64,000 nucleotides of DNA from a virus (Duplodnaviria > Caudoviricetes), in IMG/VR virus record IMGVR_UViG_3300031992_000028, one strand, 5' to 3'. Below the pieces are notes generated by a model that was given only the letters and a program-made list of their open reading frames with translations, was not told the DNA's origin and did not search any database. Position numbers and translations under genes: made by a program. Every line of letters begins with the position of its first letter. The stretch's first letter is position 1. Of this stretch, positions 42,006 to 51,311 are shown piece by piece.

Positions 42006-42019
42006 TTTTGCTAAATTAT
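42006..42019 (+). promoter_or_regulatory. Putative late promoter
   Basis: TTTTGCTAAATTAT. Confidence 0.7.
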
Positions 42020-42050
42020 TTGATAGATCAGCAAAAAGGAGCTTAAATAT

Positions 42051-43280
42051 ATGGCAAAACCAAAAGAACAATATAAGAAGCAAGATAATGAAATGTCCAC
42101 TTGATTTTCTGATGCCGATTCTTCTTATCCTACTATTAATTTAAATCAATTTAAGTATTCTGATGGATCTACTATTGCTGGTATTACAAAAATTTGTCCT
42201 TGACAGCGTGAAAGAGACGATATTGCAGAATTTTATAATGATGGAACAGTAGACTCTTTTAAGCCGGTTTATGCAGGCGATTCACCTAAGTTTACTGAAT
42301 GAGTAAAGGTAGATACTGCTGGGACATATAAGTTATATGTTAAAGATAATAAATTACTCCTAAGCAATAAAAAGACTACAAATGCAGTAGACTTTAGAGA
42401 TGGAGTAATTCCAAATAGAATGGTTTTGTTCTTACAAGCTGGTGGTGGAGGCGGAGGAAGCTCTTCCGATGTTTTTGCTGCTGGTTGGTGTATTGGCGGT
42501 GCTAATGGCGGAGCAGGTGGTAGTGGTGCTGCTTTTGCAGTAGTGCTTAATACAGAATTACTAAAGGTTTCTGAATCTAATTATTTTGAGATTAAGGTTG
42601 GTGCAGGAGGAAAAGGTGGTAACTGGTTTGGCCACTCGTCTCAGGGTGCAATTGTTCTAGGAAATGGTGCTGCTTACGGTGATAGCGGTGCCGCTGGAGA
42701 AAGTAGTATATTGACTTTTGGTGATTCTAAAAATAAAACTGAGACTGAACTAATTGTAGCCACTGGCGGCGGTGCAGGTGGTCGTGCATCTGGATATAAT
42801 ACAGGTGGTCCAGGTGGTGGTGGCAATGTAACAAAGAAAACAGGTAGCGGAACATATTGATGGCCTTTACCTTGTACACAAGGTAGTACATTACATCAGT
42901 CTTGCTGACTTAATGGGGCTAGCGGTGGAACCTATCAGCATGCTGGAGGAAGTACAGCTGCGTATGTGGCACGTATAACTGATAATAGTAATTATTATAG
43001 TAGGTCTGGTATGTACTTTACTTTAGGAAACAAAAGTGGCGGTGCAGCTGGACAAGGTGAGGCTCCTGGCGGTGGTGCATCCTGATTTGCTAATGGAGGA
43101 GCGGGCGGTGGCGCTGCCTCATACGGCAATCATGGCTCACTTGGTTCTGGTGGAGGCGGCGGTCGTTTTACTTACGCTGGTCACTTTATTGGTATCTTTG
43201 TGATAGGTATGGCTATTGTTAGCTTAGCTATTCAAGGTGGCGGTAATGGCGGCGATGGCTGTCTTAGATTATATTATTAA
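42051..43280 (+). CDS. Glycine-rich virion/tail-associated protein (TGA=Trp)
   Basis: AAGGAG RBS; 6 TGA; AGGGGGG...GAGGSG...IKVGAGG.GG...GG.GGDGCLRLYY. Confidence 0.75.
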
Positions 43281-43375
43281 TAGATAAAAATAATGCCAAA
43301 AAAATTGGGAAAAATTCTCAATTTTTTATTTACTTTTAATATATAGAAGTGTATAATATAAATAGAGGATATATT

Positions 43376-44302
43376 ATGAAAAAATTAAAAATAGCTATAC
43401 TATCGGTATTAGTTGCCGCTATGTTGACTGCTTGTGGCATACAAAATACTGCAGATAGTACTGTAGATGATGCAGCTATTGTTGAAGAAATCTTAGATGA
43501 AGATGACGATAGCCATAGATTTCCAATGTCTGAAATCTTAAATTTCTATAGGCAAGCACCGGTTGATTGTATTGCTATTCCAGATTATAGTAAAATAAAT
43601 AGAGATACTGTTTATGAAGCAAATGATAAATTTGAAAATTATTATTTAGTGAAAGCAGTATTATCACCATTAGCAGATATGAATGTCTATAAAGATATGC
43701 TTATTTATAATGGTTGGGAATTTATTCAAACTGATGAAGATGGTATTGATACTTATCAATTTGAAAATACTGTTGCATTTTTGGATATTGGAAAATATGC
43801 TGGCAATGTTGGACTATCTTTCTATTATATTCCAGAAGAACCAAGTCCATATTATAAGGCAAAAGCAGATATATTAGAGAAAACTGTAAGTATGTTAGTT
43901 GACTTTGATGATGTTAACTGGAGGTCTTATGGAATGGGATATATTCAAATTCATGTTGGAGATGATGAGGATTTTAAGCTTAATTCTATGCCAGACCCTA
44001 CTGAGTTTCCAGATAATGCTAGCGAAGAGAAGCTCTCTCAAATCACAGCTGCTTTAGAAAGTAGATTATTACCAGAGTATTTAATTAAACGTAAAGAGCA
44101 TTTTTATACTGGCGATACTGATGTAGCATATTATTGGTCAAGGTATAAAGAACCAAAGCACTCAAATGTATTTGTATCACAATATTTAGATGAAAATGAA
44201 ACTATTTTGGTTCAAGTTGCCACATACTGCACAGGTGGGTATCTCTATGGTAGTGTTATCTTACTATTATTATCAGATTGCCCTCGTTGGGTTGAGAGCT
44301 AA
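43376..44302 (+). CDS. Lipoprotein
   Basis: MKKLK, hydrophobic core, LTAC lipobox. Confidence 0.8.
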   Translation: MKKLKIAILSVLVAAMLTACGIQNTADSTVDDAAIVEEILDEDDDSHRFPMSEILNFYRQAPVDCIAIPDYSKINRDTVYEANDKFENYYLVKAVLSPLADMNVYKDMLIYNGWEFIQTDEDGIDTYQFENTVAFLDIGKYAGNVGLSFYYIPEEPSPYYKAKADILEKTVSMLVDFDDVNWRSYGMGYIQIHVGDDEDFKLNSMPDPTEFPDNASEEKLSQITAALESRLLPEYLIKRKEHFYTGDTDVAYYWSRYKEPKHSNVFVSQYLDENETILVQVATYCTGGYLYGSVILLLLSDCPRWVES

Positions 44303-44355
44303 TATTTATTTAAATCAAGGTGCCATTAGGCATCTTTTTTATTGTATAATATAAT

Positions 44356-44733
44356 ATGACAGTAAAAGAAAGATTAATTAGATATTTTAATTTGGTGCGC
44401 AAGCAGAGTCAATTAACTGTAGATGAATATCATGAGATGCTTCATTTAGAAGAAGCACTTATTGATGATATTGATCAATTAGACTTATCAGATGACTTAC
44501 GAGAACTTCAACAAAAGTTTATTAATGCATCTATTGAATTAATGGCTGGTCCATATGCGATTATGGATACCGGAAATGGTTGGGATGCAATGTATGTTTT
44601 ATTAGAAAGTGCATTACCAAAATTAACTGGCAAAGAAAGAATGGCTATTGCAGATTTAATTGGCGGTAGAATTGCTGTTGGTGGCCCATATCCAAGTAGA
44701 AGAGAATACATTAAAAAATTCAGGAGAAAGTAA
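44356..44733 (+). CDS. Hypothetical protein (leaderless)
   Basis: Follows TTGTATAAT. Confidence 0.7.
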   Translation: MTVKERLIRYFNLVRKQSQLTVDEYHEMLHLEEALIDDIDQLDLSDDLRELQQKFINASIELMAGPYAIMDTGNGWDAMYVLLESALPKLTGKERMAIADLIGGRIAVGGPYPSRREYIKKFRRK

Positions 44734-44736
44734 AAT

Positions 44737-45372
44737 ATGATTAAACTAAGAGATTGGGATAGATTATATGTGCATACTTTTGACTGGGTTTTAAGAAGAA
44801 TGGAGCCTGATACTTTAGAATTTTATAAAGATACTGAGCAAGATTGGGTAGAATCAATTAAAGCATTTAATAAAGTTCAATTAGAGCTTTTTGATAAATA
44901 TGCTGTGACTTATAAGTCTGGCGATGGCTTTAAGAAGAAATGTGTTAAAGGTTTAGAATTAACTGCAGATCAATTATTTGAATTATTTCATAAACATTTA
45001 AATCTTTATACAAATCATACTATTAGATATTTTATTTTTCATTGGTGGAATGATTTAAGGTATTATATAGAAGGTGCACAACCAACACTAGATTGTGCAT
45101 TTGAATTATTTAAAGATGCTACAAAAGAAGAAATTGAACAAGCTAATAAAGATTTTGCTCATTATGAATATGACCATTACGGTGAAATTCAAAAATCTGA
45201 TCATACATTTAATAATGGTAGAGTATTAGAATATCGAGGCATTAGATTTCCTCTTGATGATCAATGGGGAGACGCTTGGTTTAAAAAGAAAAATGGTGAA
45301 ATTACACATTTTGAATTAGTTTGGGATTGGTGGTTTCCCATTGATGAGTGTTTAGATTTATATAATATTTAA
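44737..45372 (+). CDS. Hypothetical Trp-rich protein
   Basis: AGGAG RBS; about 10 Trp, all TGG. Confidence 0.75.
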   Translation: MIKLRDWDRLYVHTFDWVLRRMEPDTLEFYKDTEQDWVESIKAFNKVQLELFDKYAVTYKSGDGFKKKCVKGLELTADQLFELFHKHLNLYTNHTIRYFIFHWWNDLRYYIEGAQPTLDCAFELFKDATKEEIEQANKDFAHYEYDHYGEIQKSDHTFNNGRVLEYRGIRFPLDDQWGDAWFKKKNGEITHFELVWDWWFPIDECLDLYNI

Positions 45373-45381
45373 GGAGTATTT

Positions 45382-46008
45382 ATGGACGTTACAAAAACAA
45401 TGAAGTTGCCATTAAAGGATGTTTATCAATTACTTATCAGTGAGATGCGTTATGGCTATGGAAGAAATAATCATTTAATGCCAAGTTGTGGTTATGATAA
45501 GGTAAAAACTTTTGTCCCGCAAATGTATGAAGTTGATAAAGAATATGCTGTTTATACAATGAAGCAGCTTTGTGAAGAATGTATTTCAGATCAGCTTATG
45601 ATGAATTTCTACGATGGTGAAGATGATGAACATGGAAATCGTGCTGAAGCTATTGAGTTTATTAAATGGAGTATGCAATGGGTTCATCAACATGAAACAG
45701 ACCCAAGATATAAAGGTAGCACCTGGCTTCCATATAATCATGATTTATTTTTAGATAACTTAGCTAAGGATAATGAGCCAAGATATTTAGTTTATGAGCT
45801 TCGTGGTAAAAGTAAAAGAAAGAAATTAATTACAGTTGAACCAGTTAGTCAAAAGGAATATATTAATATAGTTTTTGATGGTATTGCTGAAGGTACATAT
45901 CGTAAAGAAGACCATAAACTTACTGAAAAGTATGGCGATAATAGAAGAAGTTATACATATCATATTTTATCGCCAGTTGAAAAAGATTTTTATGTTAAGC
46001 ATATATAG
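45382..46008 (+). CDS. Hypothetical protein
   Basis: AAGGAG RBS. Confidence 0.75.
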   Translation: MDVTKTMKLPLKDVYQLLISEMRYGYGRNNHLMPSCGYDKVKTFVPQMYEVDKEYAVYTMKQLCEECISDQLMMNFYDGEDDEHGNRAEAIEFIKWSMQWVHQHETDPRYKGSTWLPYNHDLFLDNLAKDNEPRYLVYELRGKSKRKKLITVEPVSQKEYINIVFDGIAEGTYRKEDHKLTEKYGDNRRSYTYHILSPVEKDFYVKHI

Positions 46009-46025
46009 AATAGAGGTAAGCTAAT

Positions 46026-46181
46026 ATGTATTATGCATGTTTTAGAATTAAAAAAGATCAAAAAGATAAAAATGAACCACAAAAGATTATTAAGAAGGCT
46101 TTTAATACTAGAGATGAGGCTAGAGACTTCCTTAATATTCATATGGACTTTGATAAATATGATCAATGCTGGACAGAATAA
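46026..46181 (+). CDS. Hypothetical protein (51 aa)
   Basis: GAGGT RBS. Confidence 0.6.
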   Translation: MYYACFRIKKDQKDKNEPQKIIKKAFNTRDEARDFLNIHMDFDKYDQCWTE

Positions 46182-46184
46182 ATC

Positions 46185-46661
46185 ATGAGTGCAAATATAG
46201 GTGATAATGTATACACACCGCCAGCAGTAGCAAAAAGAATAATTGATGAATTTGAGTTGTTTGGAACTGTGCTAGAGCCATTCCGTGGTAAGGGTGCATT
46301 TTATGATAATTATCCTAATTCTGTTAAAAAGCTTTGGTGTGAAATATCTAACGGAAGAGACTTTTTTGATTTTAATGAAAGAGTAGATTGGATTGTTTCA
46401 AATCCACCATATTCTATATTTAACAAAGTTTTAGCGCATAGCTTTGAATTAAGTGATAACATTGTTTATTTAATTCCAATTAACAAGTTAACAAGCTCGT
46501 TTACAAGAATTAAACAACTTGCAGATTGGGGAGGAATTCCAAAAGTGATTTTAATGTCACCAAAGAAAATTGGATTTCCATTTGGATTTGCAGTTGGTGC
46601 AGTTTATTTCAAAAAAGGTTACAAAGGCTTAACGGAATTTAAAATTTTAGAGGAGAATTAA
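46185..46661 (+). CDS. Small DNA amino-methyltransferase
   Basis: YTPP, LEPFRGKG, IVSNPPYS. Confidence 0.85.
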   Translation: MSANIGDNVYTPPAVAKRIIDEFELFGTVLEPFRGKGAFYDNYPNSVKKLWCEISNGRDFFDFNERVDWIVSNPPYSIFNKVLAHSFELSDNIVYLIPINKLTSSFTRIKQLADWGGIPKVILMSPKKIGFPFGFAVGAVYFKKGYKGLTEFKILEEN

Positions 46662-46663
46662 TT

Positions 46664-47041
46664 ATGAGAGATCCAAAAAGAATTGATGTTATTTTGCAAG
46701 AAATTAGTAATATTTGGCATAAATATCCAGATATGCGCCTAGGCCAATTAATTGGTAATGTATTAGAAGGAACAGCCTTATACTATGTAGAGGATAACGG
46801 TCTTATAGATGCTTTAAAAGATACTTATGATGGTCAAAATATTCCAGTTAATTTTGATCATGATGCTTATATTTTTGATTTAGTTAAAAGAGACCCTGGT
46901 GAGCTTGGTTTTATCACACAATCTAAAAACTATGAAGAATATGTTGCAACCTACCTTGATGCTGGCGGTAAAGCTGAAGATGCTACATATAATGAGCATG
47001 AATTTAATGCTTTAAAAGATTATTTTGGAGATGAAGAATAG
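46664..47041 (+). CDS. Phage hypothetical protein (MRDPKRI...W..YPD.RLGQL type)
   Basis: GAGGAG RBS; recognisable phage N-terminus. Confidence 0.75.
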   Translation: MRDPKRIDVILQEISNIWHKYPDMRLGQLIGNVLEGTALYYVEDNGLIDALKDTYDGQNIPVNFDHDAYIFDLVKRDPGELGFITQSKNYEEYVATYLDAGGKAEDATYNEHEFNALKDYFGDEE

Positions 47042-47053
47042 CTTAAAAAATAA

Positions 47054-47129
47054 CTGCTAAATTAAATACAAAACAGGCCGTTTAGACCAAATCTAGGCGG
47101 CTTTATTTTATTTAAAATTGGCTAAATTT
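47054..47129 (+). promoter_or_regulatory. Two late-type motifs around a hairpin, upstream of nrdD
   Basis: CTGCTAAATTAA; GCCGTTTAGA..TCTAGGCGGC hairpin; TTGGCTAAATTT. Confidence 0.55.
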
Positions 47130-47183
47130 AGTACACAAATAAATTGTATATTATTAAGAAGAAAGGATGTTTTTTTATTCACT

Positions 47184-49427
47184 ATGATAGTTATTAAGCG
47201 TGATGGTAAAAAAGTAGATTTTGATGTCTACAAGATTAAAAAAGCTCTTATCGGAGCAAATAGTCGTTCTCAAGAAATGTCTGATGACGATATTGAAAGA
47301 ATTACTGAAATTATCTTAAATAAATGTAATAAAGCAACTGGTGATTTAAAAGTTGAAGATATCCAAGATATTGTTGAAGACACTTTATTAAAAAGTAAGT
47401 TTAATAGAACAGCTAAGACATATATTCTTTATAGAGACAAAAGAACAAGAATTAGACAAGGTAAATCTAAACTTTTAAAAGAAGTTGGTGATAAGCTTAT
47501 GGGCGTTCATATTGTCAACCAAAATGCTAATGTCGATGAACGTTCATTTGGTGGTCGTAAGGGTGAAGCAGACAGTGTTTTAACTAAACAATATGCTTTA
47601 GATTATTGCATGTCTGAAAAGTCTAGAAATAATCATTTAAATAATGAAATTTATATTCATGATTTAGATTCATATGCTGTTGGTATGCACAACTGCTTAT
47701 CAATTCCCTTTGATGATTTATTGGCCAAAGGTTTTAATACAAGACAAACCGATGTTAGGCCAGCTGCTTCAATTAATACTGCTTTCCAATTAGTTGCTGT
47801 TATATTCCAACTTCAAAGCTTACAACAATTTGGTGGTGTTTCAGCAACCCACTTAGACTGGACAATGGTTCCTTATGTTAGAAAAAGTTTTCTAAAGCAT
47901 TATATTTTTGAGTATTTAAAAGATACTGAAGAATTCTATACTCTTAATCTTGAATCATTAGCTGATGAGGAAATCGATGAATGGGTTAAGGAAAACAAAC
48001 ATAAATATCTAGATATGTGGCAATGTAAAGAAGAAGACTTTTATATTGGTAATGAAGGCTTAGACAAGCATTTTTATCAAAAAGCATTATTTGAAACACG
48101 TAGGGAATTAATGCAAGCAGTTGAAGGCATGTATCATAACTTAAATACACTTCAATCAAGAAGTGGTAATCAACTTCCATTTACTTCAATTAACTATGGA
48201 ACATGCACTTTACCTGAAGGTAGAATGGTCATTAGAGCTTTATTAGAAGGAAGTTTGAAAGGTGTTGGAAAACTTCATAGAACTCCAATCTTCCCATGTG
48301 GTATTTTCCAATATATGAAGGGTGTAAATGATAAGCCAGGAACTCCGAATTATGATTTATATAAATTAGCTTTAAAATCAACAGCAAAACGTTTGTATCC
48401 AAACTACGCTAATGTAGACTGGAGCAACAATGCTGGCTATGACAGAAACGATCCTAAGACTTATTTCTCAACTATGGGCTGTAGAACTGCAAATGGTGCT
48501 GATATTAATGCAGAACCGGGTGTAAATCCACAAACCAAAGACGGTCGTGGAAATATCTGCCCAGTTACAATTATCATGCCAACATTAGCTATGGAAGCGG
48601 GCAGAGATGTTGAGAAATTCATGGCTTTACTTAATACAAAAATACATGAAGCCAAAGATATGTTAATTGAAAGATATGAATATATCTGCAGCCAATGTGC
48701 AGATTCCGCTAAGTTCATGTATGAGAATGGAACTATGATGGGATATAAACCAGAAGAGGGCGTTAGAAGCGCCATGAAGCACGGAACTCTTGTTATTGGA
48801 CAAATTGCTTTAGCTGAGACTTTAGAGCTTCTAATCGGCAAAAATCAATGCACACCAGAAGGTATGGAATTAGCCAAGAGAATTGAGCAATTATTCAAAG
48901 ATAGATGTGCTGAGTTTAAACAAAGATACCACTTAAACTTCGGTGTTTATTATACTCCAGCTGAAAATTTATGCTATACTGCAATGAAAAAATTTAAAGA
49001 AAAATACGGTATAATAAAGAATGTATCAGACCGTGAATATTTTACAAATAGTATTCATGTTCCAGTTTGGGAAAAAGTATCAGCTTTTGAAAAAATTGAT
49101 ATTGAATCTCAATTAACAGGATATTCAAATGCTGGTTGCATTACTTATGTCGAATTAAGTTCAGCTGCAACTGGAAACTTAGACGCATTAGAATCATTGG
49201 TTAACTATGCAATGGATCATGACATTCCATATTTCGCAGTCAACATTCCAAACGATACTTGCTTAGAGTGTGGTTATACTGGTGAATTCAACGATCACTG
49301 TCCAGAATGTGGAAGTCACAACATTCAGCAATTACGCCGCGTTACTGGTTATTTGACCGGAAATTATAAAACAGCATTTAACTACGGAAAACAAAAAGAA
49401 GTAGAAGATAGGGTGAAACATATTTAG
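47184..49427 (+). CDS. nrdD: Anaerobic (class III) ribonucleoside-triphosphate reductase
   Basis: ATP-cone VIKRDG, YIHDLD..HNC, TPAE, CxxC...CxxC, RRVTGYL glycyl-radical loop. Confidence 0.97.
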   Translation: MIVIKRDGKKVDFDVYKIKKALIGANSRSQEMSDDDIERITEIILNKCNKATGDLKVEDIQDIVEDTLLKSKFNRTAKTYILYRDKRTRIRQGKSKLLKEVGDKLMGVHIVNQNANVDERSFGGRKGEADSVLTKQYALDYCMSEKSRNNHLNNEIYIHDLDSYAVGMHNCLSIPFDDLLAKGFNTRQTDVRPAASINTAFQLVAVIFQLQSLQQFGGVSATHLDWTMVPYVRKSFLKHYIFEYLKDTEEFYTLNLESLADEEIDEWVKENKHKYLDMWQCKEEDFYIGNEGLDKHFYQKALFETRRELMQAVEGMYHNLNTLQSRSGNQLPFTSINYGTCTLPEGRMVIRALLEGSLKGVGKLHRTPIFPCGIFQYMKGVNDKPGTPNYDLYKLALKSTAKRLYPNYANVDWSNNAGYDRNDPKTYFSTMGCRTANGADINAEPGVNPQTKDGRGNICPVTIIMPTLAMEAGRDVEKFMALLNTKIHEAKDMLIERYEYICSQCADSAKFMYENGTMMGYKPEEGVRSAMKHGTLVIGQIALAETLELLIGKNQCTPEGMELAKRIEQLFKDRCAEFKQRYHLNFGVYYTPAENLCYTAMKKFKEKYGIIKNVSDREYFTNSIHVPVWEKVSAFEKIDIESQLTGYSNAGCITYVELSSAATGNLDALESLVNYAMDHDIPYFAVNIPNDTCLECGYTGEFNDHCPECGSHNIQQLRRVTGYLTGNYKTAFNYGKQKEVEDRVKHI

Positions 49428-49428
49428 T

Positions 49429-50118
49429 ATGAAATTTAAAAAATTACCTTTTACAGAACATGCACAATTTGTATTTAAATCTATTCTTGCTGCAGTATTA
49501 ATTGCTATGGCAGGTGGAATATTTTTACTTTGTACTAATACTGGAACAATTCAAGATCCATTTCTTGCAAAAGTGGTTGGTTCGTTCTTATTTTCTTTAG
49601 GCTTATGTGTAGTCATTGCATTACAAGCAAATTTATATACAGGTAAAATTGGGTATGTTAATAGTAAACATTTAGCCATTAGAGCTTTTTGGATGCTATT
49701 TATTAACTTAGGTATTGCATTTTTAATCGGTTGGCTGTTTAGAGGTGTAAATACCTCTATTCCATCTTTTGGCCAAGGAAGTCCTTTTGGGCCAGATAGT
49801 ACTAGATTGAGCAAAGCTTGGTATCAGTTTTTATTTGATGGATTTGGCTGTGGTGTATTAATTTATCTTGCAGTGGAATTATATAGAAAAACAAGAAGCT
49901 TCCTACCTGTAATTATGTGCGTAATGGCATTTATACTGAGTGGTGCTGAACACTGCATAGCAGATGCATTTTATCTTGGTGCCAGTCAGTTTAGCTGGGA
50001 AGCTCTTGGTGACTTAGGATTAGCTATTATTGGAAACACTTTTGGAAGTATTGCAATACATTGGTTACAAGTAGGAGCAGAATACTTAAATGAACTACCT
50101 AACAATATACAAAGATAG
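49429..50118 (+). CDS. Formate/nitrite transporter (FNT, FocA-like)
   Basis: About 6 TM segments; G..LFSLGL, NLYTG, FILSGAEHCIAD, IIGNTFG. Confidence 0.9.
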   Translation: MKFKKLPFTEHAQFVFKSILAAVLIAMAGGIFLLCTNTGTIQDPFLAKVVGSFLFSLGLCVVIALQANLYTGKIGYVNSKHLAIRAFWMLFINLGIAFLIGWLFRGVNTSIPSFGQGSPFGPDSTRLSKAWYQFLFDGFGCGVLIYLAVELYRKTRSFLPVIMCVMAFILSGAEHCIADAFYLGASQFSWEALGDLGLAIIGNTFGSIAIHWLQVGAEYLNELPNNIQR

Positions 50119-50617
50119 CATAAGCGATGGTCCTGGTGTAAGGGTTTCAGTTTATTTTGCCGGATGTTTGCCAAATAAGTGTGGAAATAAGAATTGTCCT
50201 GGTTGTCACAATCCAGAAGCTCAAAAGTTTACAGCAGGTGAAGAATATACTGAAGAAACAAAGAATTATATTCTAGGTCTTTGTAGAAATCCATATATTG
50301 CTGGTTTGACTCTCTGTGGCGGTGAGCCATACGATCAAGATGAAAATCAATTAATTGAGCTTTTGAAGGCTTTTCGTAAGCAAAACCCAGATAAAAATGT
50401 TTGAATTTATACAGGTTATGAATTTGAACAGATTAAAAATAGAGAGCTAACTAAGCAGGCTGATGTTGCAGTTGTTGGGCCATTCATCTTAGAACAAAGG
50501 GATATTTCTGACGCTAATAGATGGCGTGGAAGCAGAAATCAACGTGTGTTAGACTTGCCAAAATCTTTAGAAAATGGCAAAATAATCAAGCTAGAAAATA
50601 TTCCAAATAATGAATAA
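50090..50617 (+). CDS. nrdG: Class III RNR activase (one TGA=Trp)
   Basis: DGPGVRVSVYFAGC...CPGCHNP, GGEP, KNV(TGA)IYTGY matching the conserved W.YTGY, RGSRNQRV. Confidence 0.93.
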
Positions 50618-50641
50618 CCATATCTATTGATATGGTTTTTA

Positions 50642-50655
50642 TTTTGCTAAATTAA
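50642..50655 (+). promoter_or_regulatory. Putative late promoter
   Basis: TTTTGCTAAATTAA. Confidence 0.65.
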
Positions 50656-50682
50656 ATGCTGTTGACTTGGGAGGTTGACTGC

Positions 50683-50922
50683 ATGAACTGCTGAAGTAAA
50701 TATTCATATTATGACTATGAAGAAGCTTATTTTAAATTGCAATACTATAAATGCAAAGAAATAGGCATTTATATTTTATCTAAACAAAAAGATGAATATT
50801 CAAAAAAACTATTAAAAAGGCTTGAAAAGTTTGAATATGACTGGTTGCATCCAGATACTAAAGATGCTAAGCTTCTTTGAGATATAAAGGTCTGATTGAT
50901 GGTAAATTGCAATTATTTTTAA
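50683..50922 (+). CDS. Hypothetical protein (79 aa, 3 TGA=Trp)
   Basis: GGAGG RBS; open only in code 4. Confidence 0.65.
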
Positions 50923-50994
50923 ATAATTGTATATTATACTAGGGTTCCCGGACGGTCCATAGCGATCCAGCCCGTTAGAGGAGAAAGTAAAAAT

Positions 50995-51234
50995 ATGGGA
51001 AAAGAACTTAAAAGCATTACAGCTAAAGAAGCTAGAAAAATAGCAGATGAATCTGAATTTACTCTTAAGCACATCTACAAAATGATTAGAGACTGCGCAG
51101 AAGAAAATAGTACTTCTCTTGAATGGTGTCTATGTGCTATAAGTAAACCAGCATTAGATAGTATTAAAGCGGCTCTAAAAAAAGATGGTTTCAATATCGA
51201 ATGCACAGATGATTCATTAACAATTAAGTGGTAA
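50995..51234 (+). CDS. Hypothetical protein
   Basis: GAGGAG RBS; ITAKEARK...L.IKW. Confidence 0.75.
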   Translation: MGKELKSITAKEARKIADESEFTLKHIYKMIRDCAEENSTSLEWCLCAISKPALDSIKAALKKDGFNIECTDDSLTIKW

Positions 51235-51311
51235 TTTAAAGCAAAAATTTCAGAGCTGAACATTAGTTTGGCTCTTTTTATTTATGTTATAAATACTGTA
51301 TAATATATAGT

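Noticed and set aside
42102-42302. Three TGA codons exactly 99 nt apart
   Set aside because: No underlying sequence repeat; probably chance.
2-43280. Fragmented ORFs as pseudogenes
   Set aside because: Every break examined is an in-frame TGA, with no frameshifts or TAA/TAG, and several fall at conserved Trp positions.
509-50404. TGA as selenocysteine or glycine (code 25)
   Set aside because: TGA aligns with TGG in paralogous repeats and with conserved Trp, not Cys or Gly.
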